A stretch of 64,000 nt of DNA from Pseudomonadota bacterium (GTDB lineage: Bacteria; Myxococcota_A; UBA9160; SZUA-336). Below, piece by piece: positions 28,578-37,009 of this stretch; positions within the stretch are counted from its first letter, which is position 1, and every line of letters starts with the position of its first letter. The position numbers and the translations under genes were made by a program. The notes under the pieces were generated by a model, which made no database searches, was not told where the DNA came from, and saw only the letters and a list, made by a program, of their open reading frames with translations. The stretch is from contig JAGWBS010000040.1 of the NCBI GenBank assembly GCA_021295775.1, positions 906 through 64,905 on the forward strand, in the 5' to 3' direction.

Positions 28578-29273
28578 TCAGCCGGCGCGGACGCGCTGCA
28601 GGTAGGCGCGGATGCGCCGGGCGTTGGCGCCCAGATCGCCTCCCCCGATCCGCGAACGCGAGCGTACGTCGACGCGCGCACCCCCCGGCGCCGGCGTGAT
28701 CCGAATCACCACGTCGTCGACGAAACGGAAGATGCGGGTAGTCGCGATGGCGGAGATCCGTCCTTGCGCCGCATCGTGCCCCCGCAGCTCCCAGCCCGGC
28801 ATGCCGCGGGCGGCCGTCAGGGCGCGTTCGAAGGCCGCAGCGGGCGAGACCTCCAACCCCAGCGGGTGCAGATCCGGGTAGGCTTCGCTCTGAACCGCGG
28901 CAAAGAACTCCAGGCGAGCGGCGTCTTCCGGGCCGACCGTCTCCGCCTCGAGCGCCGGCCGTTCGGCCAGATCGGTGGAGATGTCGTTGATCGTCGGGTA
29001 GCCGGTCGACCCCAGATAGACCAGCACGGAGCCAGCGACCGCCATCGGCAGCAGCGAGGCGCGCAGCGCCGACGCCCGCCAGGGCCGCCCCGTGGCGGTG
29101 GCGTAGGCCGCCATTCCGGGCAGCGCCAGCGCGCAGACGAACGCGACCAGGATGCCGAAGCCGAACAGAATGAAGCCGGTATCGGGCCTCAGCCAGCCGA
29201 GAAAGGCGCCCAGGGGCCCGACCGCCAGGGGCACGGCCAGAACGATGCCGGGTGCGAACCAGTAGGGATTCAT
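28578..29273 (-). CDS. DUF1499 domain membrane protein
   Basis: 231 aa with N-terminal TM helices. The C-terminal part reads FRFVDDVVIRITP...VDVRSRSRIGGGDLGANARRIRAYL, as in DUF1499. Confidence 0.8.
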   Translation of the reverse strand: MNPYWFAPGIVLAVPLAVGPLGAFLGWLRPDTGFILFGFGILVAFVCALALPGMAAYATATGRPWRASALRASLLPMAVAGSVLVYLGSTGYPTINDISTDLAERPALEAETVGPEDAARLEFFAAVQSEAYPDLHPLGLEVSPAAAFERALTAARGMPGWELRGHDAAQGRISAIATTRIFRFVDDVVIRITPAPGGARVDVRSRSRIGGGDLGANARRIRAYLQRVRAG

Positions 29274-29429
29274 CTCGGAGCGACTCCGGGTTCGGGATTG
29301 GGATACGACGCCGCTTCAAGGATACGGGCCGGCCGGCCGCAGGCGCGACTCCAACCCCCGGAGAGGGCGGGTGGGTGGCCGCGCCCGACAAACCTCGCCG
29401 GTCCGGTCCCGTTCGGCGCGACGGTTGCC

Positions 29430-29435
29430 TATAAT
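29430..29435 (+). promoter_or_regulatory. Consensus -10 box (TATAAT) upstream of infA
   Basis: A perfect TATAAT lies 32 nt upstream of the infA ATG in an otherwise GC-rich spacer. I found no convincing -35. Confidence 0.45.
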
Positions 29436-29467
29436 GCGCCACCCTGCCCCTGCCCGAAGGAGTGTGA

Positions 29468-29734
29468 ATGGCCAAGAGCGACCTCGTTAACGTCAGCGGT
29501 CGAGTGGAGAAGATCCTGGGAGGAGGCCGTTATCTGGTCTCGCTCGACAACGACCACAAGATCACTGCCCAGCTTTCGGGGCGCATGCGGCGCTTCCACA
29601 TCCGGGTGATCACCGGCGACCGCGTTCAGTGCGGGGTTTCGCCCTACGATCCCACGCACGGCTTCATTACCTACCGCGAACCTCCGGGCGGCCGCAGGCC
29701 GAACGAGGGCGAAGGCTCGAGCCCGGCGTCATGA
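29468..29734 (+). CDS. infA: Translation initiation factor IF-1 with a 17-aa C-terminal tail
   Basis: GAAGGAG-N5-ATG. Translation MAKSDLVNVSGRVEKILGGGRYLVSLDNDHKITAQLSGRMRRFHIRVITGDRVQCGVSPYDPTHGFITYRE, followed by [17 protein letters not shown]. Confidence 0.93.
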   Translation: MAKSDLVNVSGRVEKILGGGRYLVSLDNDHKITAQLSGRMRRFHIRVITGDRVQCGVSPYDPTHGFITYREPPGGRRPNEGEGSSPAS

Positions 29735-30249
29735 GCGCCCCTCCGGTCCTGCTACTGGCCGGCAGTCCGAGCGACCTCGACCGGGTCCTCGACTGTCAGG
29801 AGACCCTCGAAAGCCTCGGGATCCAGAGCCGCATCCGCGTGCTCTCCGCCCACCGCACGCCCGACCAGACCGCCGACTGCGTGCGCTCGGCCGAGTCGGA
29901 GGGCTTCCGGGTGCTGGTCGCGTTCGCCGGCCTGTCCGCCCACCTCGCGGGCGTCAGCGCCGCCCACACGCTCCTGCCCGTGATCGCCGTCCCCTGCGCG
30001 GTCGGCCCCCTGAACGGGGTCGACGCGGCGCTGGCTTCGCTGCAGATGCCGCCGGGAACGCCGGTGGCCGCCGTCGCCCTGGACAGCGGGACCAACGGCG
30101 CGCTGCTCGCGGCGCGCATCCTGGCTCTCGGCGATCCGGAACTGCGCCAGCGCCTGGCCGACCGCGTCGAGCGCGACCGCGCGCGCTACGAGCCCGAGCG
30201 AATCGAGGCCGAAATCGAAAAGCGCCGCCAGGCGCGGAACGGCGGCTGA
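29731..30249 (+). CDS. purE: 5-(carboxyamino)imidazole ribonucleotide mutase (PurE)
   Basis: ATG 29731 overlaps the infA TGA (ATGA). Translation ...[14 protein letters not shown]...[12 protein letters not shown]...[25 protein letters not shown]...[12 protein letters not shown]... Confidence 0.88.
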   Translation: MSAPPVLLLAGSPSDLDRVLDCQETLESLGIQSRIRVLSAHRTPDQTADCVRSAESEGFRVLVAFAGLSAHLAGVSAAHTLLPVIAVPCAVGPLNGVDAALASLQMPPGTPVAAVALDSGTNGALLAARILALGDPELRQRLADRVERDRARYEPERIEAEIEKRRQARNGG

Positions 30250-30253
30250 GCGC

Positions 30254-31489
30254 TCAGACCCGTTCGAGCCCGAGCAGGTCGTCGAACGGCTGGCGGCGGC
30301 GGATCAGGCGCGGCCGTCCCTGTTCGACAAGCACTTCGGGGGCCAGCGGGCGCGTGTTGTAGTTGCTGGCCATGGCCGCTCCGTAGGCGCCCGCGTCGTG
30401 CAGCACGACCAGGTCGCCCACGCGCATTTCGGGCAGATCCCTCGGCACCACCAGCCCACCCTCTTCCTGGGTGAACACGTCGCCCGATTCGCAAAGCGGC
30501 CCTCCCACGACGCACGGCTCGGGGAGTCCCGGCGCGGGAGCGCCGTCGCGCAGCACGGAAATGGCGTGGTAACTGCCGTACATCGCCGGCCGCACCAGAT
30601 TGTCGAAGCCGGCGTCGAGCAGCGCGAAGCGGGTCGGGCCGACGCGCTTGGCCGCCCGCACTTCGCCGACCAGGACTCCGGCTTCGCCCACCAGGTAACG
30701 GCCGGGCTCGATTTCGAGCGAGACCGGGTGGCCGACGATTTCGGCCACCTCGCGCCGGGCCGCGTCCCAGAGTTCGTGCAGGGCGGCGGTGTCGAAAGGC
30801 GGATCTTCCTCGCGGTACGGGATCGGTAGCCCGCCGCCTCCCGAGACGGCGCGAACGTCCACGCCCAGCGACCGGACCTGGGAGACCATCGCGTCGCAGA
30901 CGTGGCGCAGATGCTCGAAGTCGGAGCCCGAGCCGATGTGCATGTGCAAACCGACCAGGTCGAAGCGGTGCTTTTCGATCAGGTTGAGCGCCTCGTCCAG
31001 GTACTCGTGCCAGATGCCGTGCTTGCTCCACTCGCCGCCGGTGTTGGTCTTGCGGCTGTGCCCGTGACCGAAGCCCGGATTGACCCGCAGCCAGACCCGG
31101 TGGCCGGGACTGCGGCGGCCGAGTTGGGCGAGCATGTCCGCCGATCCCGCGTTGACCGGAATCCCGTTCTCCACGACCCGAACCAGGGTCGCCTCGTCGC
31201 ACACATCAGCGGTGAACACCACGCCGGCGGGCTCCCCGCGGCCGTCGTAGCCGGCCAGCAGCGCGCGTTCGATCTCGCCCAGCGAGACCGCGTCGACCTG
31301 CGCCCCGGCCTCGCGCAGCAGGCGCAGAATGTGAATATTGGAGCACGCCTTCTGCGCGAAGCGCACTACGTCGAAGCGCTCCAGCGACGCGAGCTGACGC
31401 GCGATCCGGTCGCCGTCGTAGACGTAGAGCGGCGTTCCGTACTCGCGCGCCAGACGCTCGATCAGAGGGGCGTCCAGGGGCTCGCGCAT
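30254..31489 (-). CDS. lysA: Diaminopimelate decarboxylase
   Basis: ATG 31489: [29 protein letters not shown]...[15 protein letters not shown]...GLHMHIGSG...[11 protein letters not shown]...[10 protein letters not shown]... Confidence 0.93.
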   Translation of the reverse strand: MREPLDAPLIERLAREYGTPLYVYDGDRIARQLASLERFDVVRFAQKACSNIHILRLLREAGAQVDAVSLGEIERALLAGYDGRGEPAGVVFTADVCDEATLVRVVENGIPVNAGSADMLAQLGRRSPGHRVWLRVNPGFGHGHSRKTNTGGEWSKHGIWHEYLDEALNLIEKHRFDLVGLHMHIGSGSDFEHLRHVCDAMVSQVRSLGVDVRAVSGGGGLPIPYREEDPPFDTAALHELWDAARREVAEIVGHPVSLEIEPGRYLVGEAGVLVGEVRAAKRVGPTRFALLDAGFDNLVRPAMYGSYHAISVLRDGAPAPGLPEPCVVGGPLCESGDVFTQEEGGLVVPRDLPEMRVGDLVVLHDAGAYGAAMASNYNTRPLAPEVLVEQGRPRLIRRRQPFDDLLGLERV

Positions 31490-31524
31490 GCGCGGGACCC
31501 TAGCACACCGACCCGACGGCGCCG

Positions 31525-31989
31525 CTACATCTGCTCGGCCAGATAGGCCGCCTCGCCGATCTTCTCGACGATGCCGAGCTGCGCCTCGAGCCAGTCGACC
31601 GACGACTCCTCGCTCTCCAGCATCTCTTCGAGCAGGTGCCGGGTGCCGTTGTCGCCGTTCTCGTGCGAAAGCCGGATGGCTTCGTTGAGCCGCTTGGTGG
31701 CTTCCAACTCCATTTCCAGGTCCAGGCGGTGCTGCTCGATGGGGTCCTCGCCCACGCACACCGGATTCATGCGCTGCATGTTGGGAACCCCACCGAGAAA
31801 CAGGATGCGTTCGATCAGGTGGTCCGCGTCGCGCATTTCCTCCAACGACTCCTCGCGCTTCTTGCCCGCCAGCTTGGAGTAGCCCCAGTTCTCGCACATC
31901 TTGTAGTGCACGTAGTATTGGTTGATCGCGGCCAGCTCCGCGCTGAGAATGGCATTGAGCGCTTCGACGACTTCCTGATGGCCCCGCAT
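31525..31989 (-). CDS. bfr: Bacterioferritin
   Basis: 154 aa: MRGHQEVVEALNAILSAELAAINQYYVHYKMCENWGYSKLAGKKREESLEEMRDADHLIERILFLGG... Confidence 0.95.
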   Translation of the reverse strand: MRGHQEVVEALNAILSAELAAINQYYVHYKMCENWGYSKLAGKKREESLEEMRDADHLIERILFLGGVPNMQRMNPVCVGEDPIEQHRLDLEMELEATKRLNEAIRLSHENGDNGTRHLLEEMLESEESSVDWLEAQLGIVEKIGEAAYLAEQM

Positions 31990-32026
31990 CTTCAGTTTCC
32001 CTTCCGTTGGGATTCGAACTCACGCC

Positions 32027-32055
32027 AAAATAGCGTCCCGGGACCGCGAATTCAA
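32027..32055 (-). promoter_or_regulatory. Candidate sigma70 promoter for bfr
   Basis: The minus strand has TTGAAT (32055-32050), a 17-nt spacer, then TATTTT (32032-32027). An AT-rich block lies immediately upstream (32056-32110). Confidence 0.35.
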
Positions 32056-32130
32056 TCTAAGTTATTGATTTAATTGGGGAAATGAGATAGACACTGATTC
32101 TCACTCTCAACTCTGGGAGCTCCTAGGGCC

Positions 32131-32688
32131 GTGCACCGCGAACCCCTTCTGAAGCTTCTGGAAAGCTTCCTGTGCGTGCGGCCGTCCGACCGCGAGCGGG
32201 TGGAACGGGTGCGCCGCTTCGTGCTGGACCAACCCGACTGCTTCGAGCGCGGCTGCGTTCCCGGACACATCACCGCCTCGGCCTGGATCGTTTCCCCGGA
32301 CCGCGAGCGCTTCCTGCTGACGCGCCACCGCAAACTCGGACGCTGGCTGCAGCTCGGCGGCCACGCGGACGGCGACCCCGACCCGCTGCGCGTCGCCCTG
32401 CGCGAGGCGCGCGAGGAGTCGGGCATGCGGGAGTTCGAAGCCGTGCCCCCGGAGGGACCCGGACTGCCCCTCGACGTCGACGTGCACCCGATCCCGGCGC
32501 ACGGCTCGGAGCCGGCCCACCTGCACTACGACCTGCGCTTTCTGCTGGTCGCGGGCCCCGGACAGTCGCTGGTGTGCTCGGCGGAGTCCGACGAACTGCG
32601 CTGGTTCCCCCGCGCCCGGGCGTCCGAGGTCCTGGAAGAGGCGAGCCTGCGGCGGCTGGCTGAGCGCGCCGGAACGCTCTCGGAGTAG
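32131..32688 (+). CDS. NUDIX hydrolase
   Basis: 185 aa with the Nudix box GGHADGDPDPLRVALREAREESGM. The GTG start lacks a well-placed SD. Confidence 0.85.
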   Translation: MHREPLLKLLESFLCVRPSDRERVERVRRFVLDQPDCFERGCVPGHITASAWIVSPDRERFLLTRHRKLGRWLQLGGHADGDPDPLRVALREAREESGMREFEAVPPEGPGLPLDVDVHPIPAHGSEPAHLHYDLRFLLVAGPGQSLVCSAESDELRWFPRARASEVLEEASLRRLAERAGTLSE

Positions 32689-32690
32689 TC

Positions 32691-33080
32691 GTGGACCCGC
32701 CTCCTCTGACCGACAAGGACGATTTCAAGCGTGCCGTCCGGCGCTACGTGGAGTCCACCGACTGGGTGACTTTCGCGGACCTGCACAAGCGCTTCGCCCG
32801 CGACTCGCGGGAGGAGACCCAGATCGAGTTGCCCGGCAGGCGCGTGGTCTGGAGCGGGCTTCCGCGCGCCATGATCGACGCCGTCCTGGAACTGCTGGAC
32901 GAGGGGTTGCTGGCGGCCGTACCGGGGCACAAGTCGGCCTACGTCAAGGACGGACGAGTCCTCAAGCTGCCGGTCGAGCGCACGGTGCCGCCCGAAGGGC
33001 ACGAGGAGCCGCACTGGTATCCCGTGCTGCTGCGGCCGATCGAGGCCGTCCGGCGCGAGCGGGCCGACGCCGGCGACTGA
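32691..33080 (+). CDS. Hypothetical protein (129 aa)
   Basis: GTG 32691 lies 2 nt after the NUDIX stop, with GGAG 6 nt upstream. Translation VDPPPLTDKDDFKRAVRRYVESTDWVTFADLHKRF... I recognise no family. Confidence 0.55.
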   Translation: MDPPPLTDKDDFKRAVRRYVESTDWVTFADLHKRFARDSREETQIELPGRRVVWSGLPRAMIDAVLELLDEGLLAAVPGHKSAYVKDGRVLKLPVERTVPPEGHEEPHWYPVLLRPIEAVRRERADAGD

Positions 33081-33154
33081 GCCCGCGCGGCGGAGCGAGC
33101 CCTCGAGCCACCCGGAGTCGACGCTCCGCGTTCCGCAGGCGCTAGACTGGCGGC

Positions 33155-33919
33155 GTGCCGCAGGCCGACGTCGAACGAGTCCGGGACTGGATCGATGCGT
33201 CCGAGCGCATCGCCGTGCTGACGGGAGCGGGCATCTCCACCGATTCGGGAATCCCCGACTTCCGCGGCCCGAAGGGACTGTGGACCCGCAACCCCGAGGC
33301 CGAGAAGCTGGCGACGATTCAGGTCTACATGGCGGACCCGGAAGTCCGCCGGCGCTCCTGGCGCGGCCGCATCGACGGCGAGTTCGACTGGGACGTGGAA
33401 CCCAACGGCGGCCACTACGCACTGGCCGAGCTGGAAACGCGCGGCAAGCTGCTGTGCCTGATCACGCAGAACGTCGACGGGCTGCACCAGAAGGCCGGCG
33501 TCCCGGCCGAACGCATGGTGGAAATCCACGGCACGCTGCAGGAGTACATGTGCATGTCGTGCCCCGAACGCGGGCCGATCGACGGGGTGCTCCAGAGAGT
33601 GCGCGAGGGCGAGGAAGACCCGCCGTGCCGGCACTGCGGCGGGATCCTGAAGACCGCGGCCGTCTCGTTCGGCCAGAGCCTCTTTCCCGGCGATCTGGAG
33701 CGCTCGGAGTGGGCCGCCCGGGAGTGCGACCTGATGTTGGCGATCGGCTCCACGCTGGCGGTCTACCCGGCCGCGGGCGTCGTTCCGCTGGCCAAGCAGT
33801 GCGGCGCCCGGGTGGTGATCGTCAACGGCGACCCCACCGAGATGGACGCACTGGCAGACGCCGTCCTGCGAGGACGCATCGGCGAACTCCTGCCCCGGAT
33901 CGTCCGGCCCGCCGCCTGA
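33155..33919 (+). CDS. NAD-dependent protein deacylase (Sir2 family)
   Basis: Translation ...IAVLTGAGISTDSGIPDFRGPKGLW...LITQNVDGLHQKAG...EIHGT...CMSCPE...CRHCGGILK... Confidence 0.92.
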   Translation: MPQADVERVRDWIDASERIAVLTGAGISTDSGIPDFRGPKGLWTRNPEAEKLATIQVYMADPEVRRRSWRGRIDGEFDWDVEPNGGHYALAELETRGKLLCLITQNVDGLHQKAGVPAERMVEIHGTLQEYMCMSCPERGPIDGVLQRVREGEEDPPCRHCGGILKTAAVSFGQSLFPGDLERSEWAARECDLMLAIGSTLAVYPAAGVVPLAKQCGARVVIVNGDPTEMDALADAVLRGRIGELLPRIVRPAA

Positions 33920-34084
33920 ACTCCTTTCCGGGATCCCGCGGCCGCGTTTCCGGGGACGCCTCTGCCGAGACAGATCCGAATCTCGGCCGCGGGGGCAACC
34001 GGACCCTCAGCGGACTCGCGGCGCGCGGACAGCCTCCGGGGGCTGTGCGATGATGCGCGCGGCTTCCCCGGCGGGAGGAACCGC

Positions 34085-34888
34085 TTGACCAGCGTCCGCA
34101 GCGAAGAGCTCGAACCCGGAATCGCGCATCTGGTGATGGACCGCCCGCAGGCCCGCAACGCCCTGTCCTTCCAGCTCGTCGACGACCTCAGGCGGGCCTT
34201 CGCGGAACTCGCCCGGGATCGGGACTGCCGGGTGGTCATCCTGAGCGGCGCCGGTCGGGGCTTCTGCGCCGGGGCGGACCTGAAGAGCGACGAGCCGCCC
34301 CCGGACGCGCGCGACCGCAGCCGGGTCGGCCTGGTCTACCGCGCCCAGGAACACCTGGCCGAGCTGATGCTGGCGATCCGCGAGCTGCCCAAGCCCGTGA
34401 TCGCCGCGGTTCACGGCGCGGCCGTCGGCGGCGGCCTGGCTCTGACGCTGGTCAGCGACCTGCGGATCGCCGACGAGACGGCCTTCTTCGGCTCGGTGTT
34501 CATCCGCGTCGGGCTGTCGTCCTGCGACGTGGGTACCAGCTACCTGCTGCCGCGCATCGTGGGCGCGGGGCGCGCGGCCGAGCTGATGCTCACGGGCCGG
34601 CACTTCGACGCGCGCGAAGCCGAGCGCATCGGACTGGTGCAGGAGGTCGTTCCCGAGGGGGAGCTGATCGAGTCGGCGCTCGAGACGGCCCGCCTGATCC
34701 GGGCCAACAGCGAGTACGGCGTGTGGATGACCAAGCAGGGCCTGTGGGCCAACCTGGACGCCCCCAGCCTGCGCCACGCCATGGAGCTGGAAAACCGCAC
34801 TCAGGTTCTGGGCACCTTCACCGACAACATGACCGAAGCGGCCCGAGCGTTCCGGGAGGGACGCGCCCCCAAGTGGAATCGCCTCTGA
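34085..34888 (+). CDS. Enoyl-CoA hydratase/isomerase family protein
   Basis: TTG 34085, with GGGAGGA 5 nt upstream. Translation ...IAHLVMDRPQARNALS...VVILSGAGRGFCAGADLK...AAVHGAAVGGGLAL... Confidence 0.9.
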   Translation: MTSVRSEELEPGIAHLVMDRPQARNALSFQLVDDLRRAFAELARDRDCRVVILSGAGRGFCAGADLKSDEPPPDARDRSRVGLVYRAQEHLAELMLAIRELPKPVIAAVHGAAVGGGLALTLVSDLRIADETAFFGSVFIRVGLSSCDVGTSYLLPRIVGAGRAAELMLTGRHFDAREAERIGLVQEVVPEGELIESALETARLIRANSEYGVWMTKQGLWANLDAPSLRHAMELENRTQVLGTFTDNMTEAARAFREGRAPKWNRL

Positions 34889-34906
34889 GGGCTCTCCGGG
34901 AACCCG

Positions 34907-35617
34907 ATGCGCAATCCGATCGACTCGACGCTGCGCCGCAGGATCTATCTCCTGCGGCACGCGGAAGCCGCCTACCGCTCAGCGGACGGCCAGGCCACGT
35001 CGAATCCACGCCAGGTTCCCCTGACCGACCGCGGCCGGGACGAGGCCGAGCTGACGCGCGGCTGGCTCGAGGCGGTCGATTTCGACTTCGCTCTCTGCTC
35101 CGGTCTGCCCCGGACGCTCGAGACCGCCCGGATCGTGCTCGCGGGCCGCGAGCTGGAACTGGGCGTCGATTCGGACCTGGAGGAGATTCACCCGGGCGGA
35201 GGCTGGGACGTCGACCTGGACGCCATCGCCTACGCCTTCCGGGACGCCGCCGAGCCCGGCGCGCGCTTCATGGGCGGCGAAGTCCTGGGCGAATTCGCGC
35301 GGCGCGTGAGCGCGGCGGTCGAGCGCGCCCTGCTCGGGGACTGGACGACGGCGCTCTTCGTCTGCCACGGGGTCACCAACCGAGCGGTCCTGGCCTGGTG
35401 TCTGCAGACCGACCTGCGCCTGTTCCAGCACATCGAGCAGGACTCTTGCTGCCTGAACGTGATCGACGTCGACGTCGACCCGGAAGACGGCCGGATCGCG
35501 CGCCGCCTGCTGCGCTGCCTGAACCTGAGCTGCCACGACCCCGTCAAGCGCGGGAGCCGGCTGACGACCATGGAGCAGACCGCGATGACCTTCCGCGAGA
35601 TCCGCTCGCGCGAATGA
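34907..35617 (+). CDS. Histidine phosphatase family protein (phosphoglycerate mutase-like)
   Basis: Translation RRIYLLRHAEAAY...PLTDRGRDEA...LFVCHGVTNRAVL... shows the RHG/H motif pattern. Confidence 0.82.
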   Translation: MRNPIDSTLRRRIYLLRHAEAAYRSADGQATSNPRQVPLTDRGRDEAELTRGWLEAVDFDFALCSGLPRTLETARIVLAGRELELGVDSDLEEIHPGGGWDVDLDAIAYAFRDAAEPGARFMGGEVLGEFARRVSAAVERALLGDWTTALFVCHGVTNRAVLAWCLQTDLRLFQHIEQDSCCLNVIDVDVDPEDGRIARRLLRCLNLSCHDPVKRGSRLTTMEQTAMTFREIRSRE

Positions 35618-35633
35618 ACCGGCTCGCCGGCGG

Positions 35634-36512
35634 TCACCCCAGGCCCAGCCGGCGGCGCGTCGCCCCCGGTCCCGCCGGTTCGCGGCCGTGGGCGCGGGCC
35701 CGCTCGACCACCTGACGCACCAGCTCCGCGTTGGAGGGCATGCCCAGTTCGGGATAGGGGTAGTCGCCCAGCCCGAGCGCGAAATGCCCGCCGCTTTCCA
35801 GCACTCGGTCGGCCAGGTCCAGCAGGTTCCCGCCCACGCACAGCACCGCCCACTCCAGATCGAGACCCGGCGGCAGGAAGTCGAGCAGGGCCTCGAGCCC
35901 GCGGGGCGTGGGCGGGTGCCCGTCCAGGATGCCGCCCGCGGTGAGCGTGAGTTCGACGTAGAGCGGTTCGCGCAGCACGCCCGCTTCGAGCAGGGGCTCG
36001 ATCAGGCGCAGCGAACCCACGTTCCAGACCACCGGTACGGGGTGAGCTCCCGCCTTCCGCACGCCCTCCGAGAGCGCCCGCAGGGTCCGGACGGGGTTCG
36101 CGTAGATCCGGTCGTCGGAGACGAAACGCCTCTCGCGCGCGTCGTACACGGTCAGGTTGGTCGTGACCAGGTCGAGGGGGGCCAGGTCCGCGCGCGTTTC
36201 GGGGTCGCGCCCCATCGCGGCCACGTGCGCCAGGCGCACCTCGACGTCGGTCGCCACGCCCGCGCCCAGCGTGGGTAGGAGCACCAAGTCGGTCGCGCCG
36301 CGCAGGGCGCGGGCGATCTCGCAGTACAGCCCGGGGTCGGTCGAAGCGGCGCCGCTGGCCGGGTCGCGGGCGTGAAAGTGCGCGATGCCCGCGCCCTCGT
36401 CCCGGCAGGCGGCCGCGGCCGCGGCGATCTCGTCCGGTCCGAACGGCACGTGCGGATTGCGGTCGCGGGATGCGTACTCGTTCAGCCTCACATCGATGAT
36501 GACTTCGTCCAT
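35634..36512 (-). CDS. 3-keto-5-aminohexanoate cleavage enzyme family (BKACE/DUF849)
   Basis: Start at ATG 36512 (MDEVIIDVRLNEYASRDRNPHVPFGPDEIAAAAAACRDEGAGIAHFHARD...). The ORF-track start at 36563 would overlap the divergent gene. Confidence 0.82.
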   Translation of the reverse strand: MDEVIIDVRLNEYASRDRNPHVPFGPDEIAAAAAACRDEGAGIAHFHARDPASGAASTDPGLYCEIARALRGATDLVLLPTLGAGVATDVEVRLAHVAAMGRDPETRADLAPLDLVTTNLTVYDARERRFVSDDRIYANPVRTLRALSEGVRKAGAHPVPVVWNVGSLRLIEPLLEAGVLREPLYVELTLTAGGILDGHPPTPRGLEALLDFLPPGLDLEWAVLCVGGNLLDLADRVLESGGHFALGLGDYPYPELGMPSNAELVRQVVERARAHGREPAGPGATRRRLGLG

Positions 36513-36541
36513 CGGCGGTAGGATACCAACGGGAGGAACGC

Positions 36542-37009
36542 ATGAGCGCAGACATCGACCCACGCACCCGGCTCGAGCTTCAAGACCTGGCGACGCAGTA
36601 CGGCCGCGGCGTGGACCACCGCGACTTCGAGCTGCTGGATTCGATCTTCACCCGGGACGCGCGGCTGGCGATGGTCTCGCGCGAGGCCGGCGCCGAGCCC
36701 AGCATGGACGTGAGGGGACGCGAGAACGTCGTCAACGCCATGCGCGGCATCCGCCGCTACCCGGTCACGACCCACTTCGTCGGCCGCCAGCACGTGGAGG
36801 TCGAAGGAGAGCGTGCCTCGGGCGAGACCTACTGCATCGCCTACCACCTGCACGACGTGGACGGACGGACCTTCAACTACGTCATGTCGATCCGCTACCA
36901 GGACCGCTACGCGGTCGAGGACGGCCGCTGGAAGTTCAGCGAGCGCGTGCTGGTGGTCGACTGGACGGACGACCAGCCGCTGAACCCGGTCGCGGATCCG
37001 CCTCAGTAG
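36542..37009 (+). CDS. SnoaL-like/NTF2-fold protein
   Basis: GGAGGA-N4-ATG. Translation ...LELQDLATQYGRGVDHRDFELLDSIFTRDARL...YQDRYAVEDGRWKFSERVL... Confidence 0.8.
   Translation: MSADIDPRTRLELQDLATQYGRGVDHRDFELLDSIFTRDARLAMVSREAGAEPSMDVRGRENVVNAMRGIRRYPVTTHFVGRQHVEVEGERASGETYCIAYHLHDVDGRTFNYVMSIRYQDRYAVEDGRWKFSERVLVVDWTDDQPLNPVADPPQ

Noticed and set aside
32008-32027. tRNA T-loop-like string GAGTTCGAATCCC on the minus strand upstream of bfr, a possible tRNA or att-site remnant.
   Set aside because: The flanking bases do not form a T-stem (GTGAG versus CCCAA). I could not build an acceptor or anticodon arm. The string lies in the bfr 5' leader, and there is no integrase nearby.
32056-32110. 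A Fur box upstream of bfr.
   Set aside because: I could not align the block to GATAATGATAATCATTATC with an acceptable number of matches. It is kept only as a generic candidate operator.
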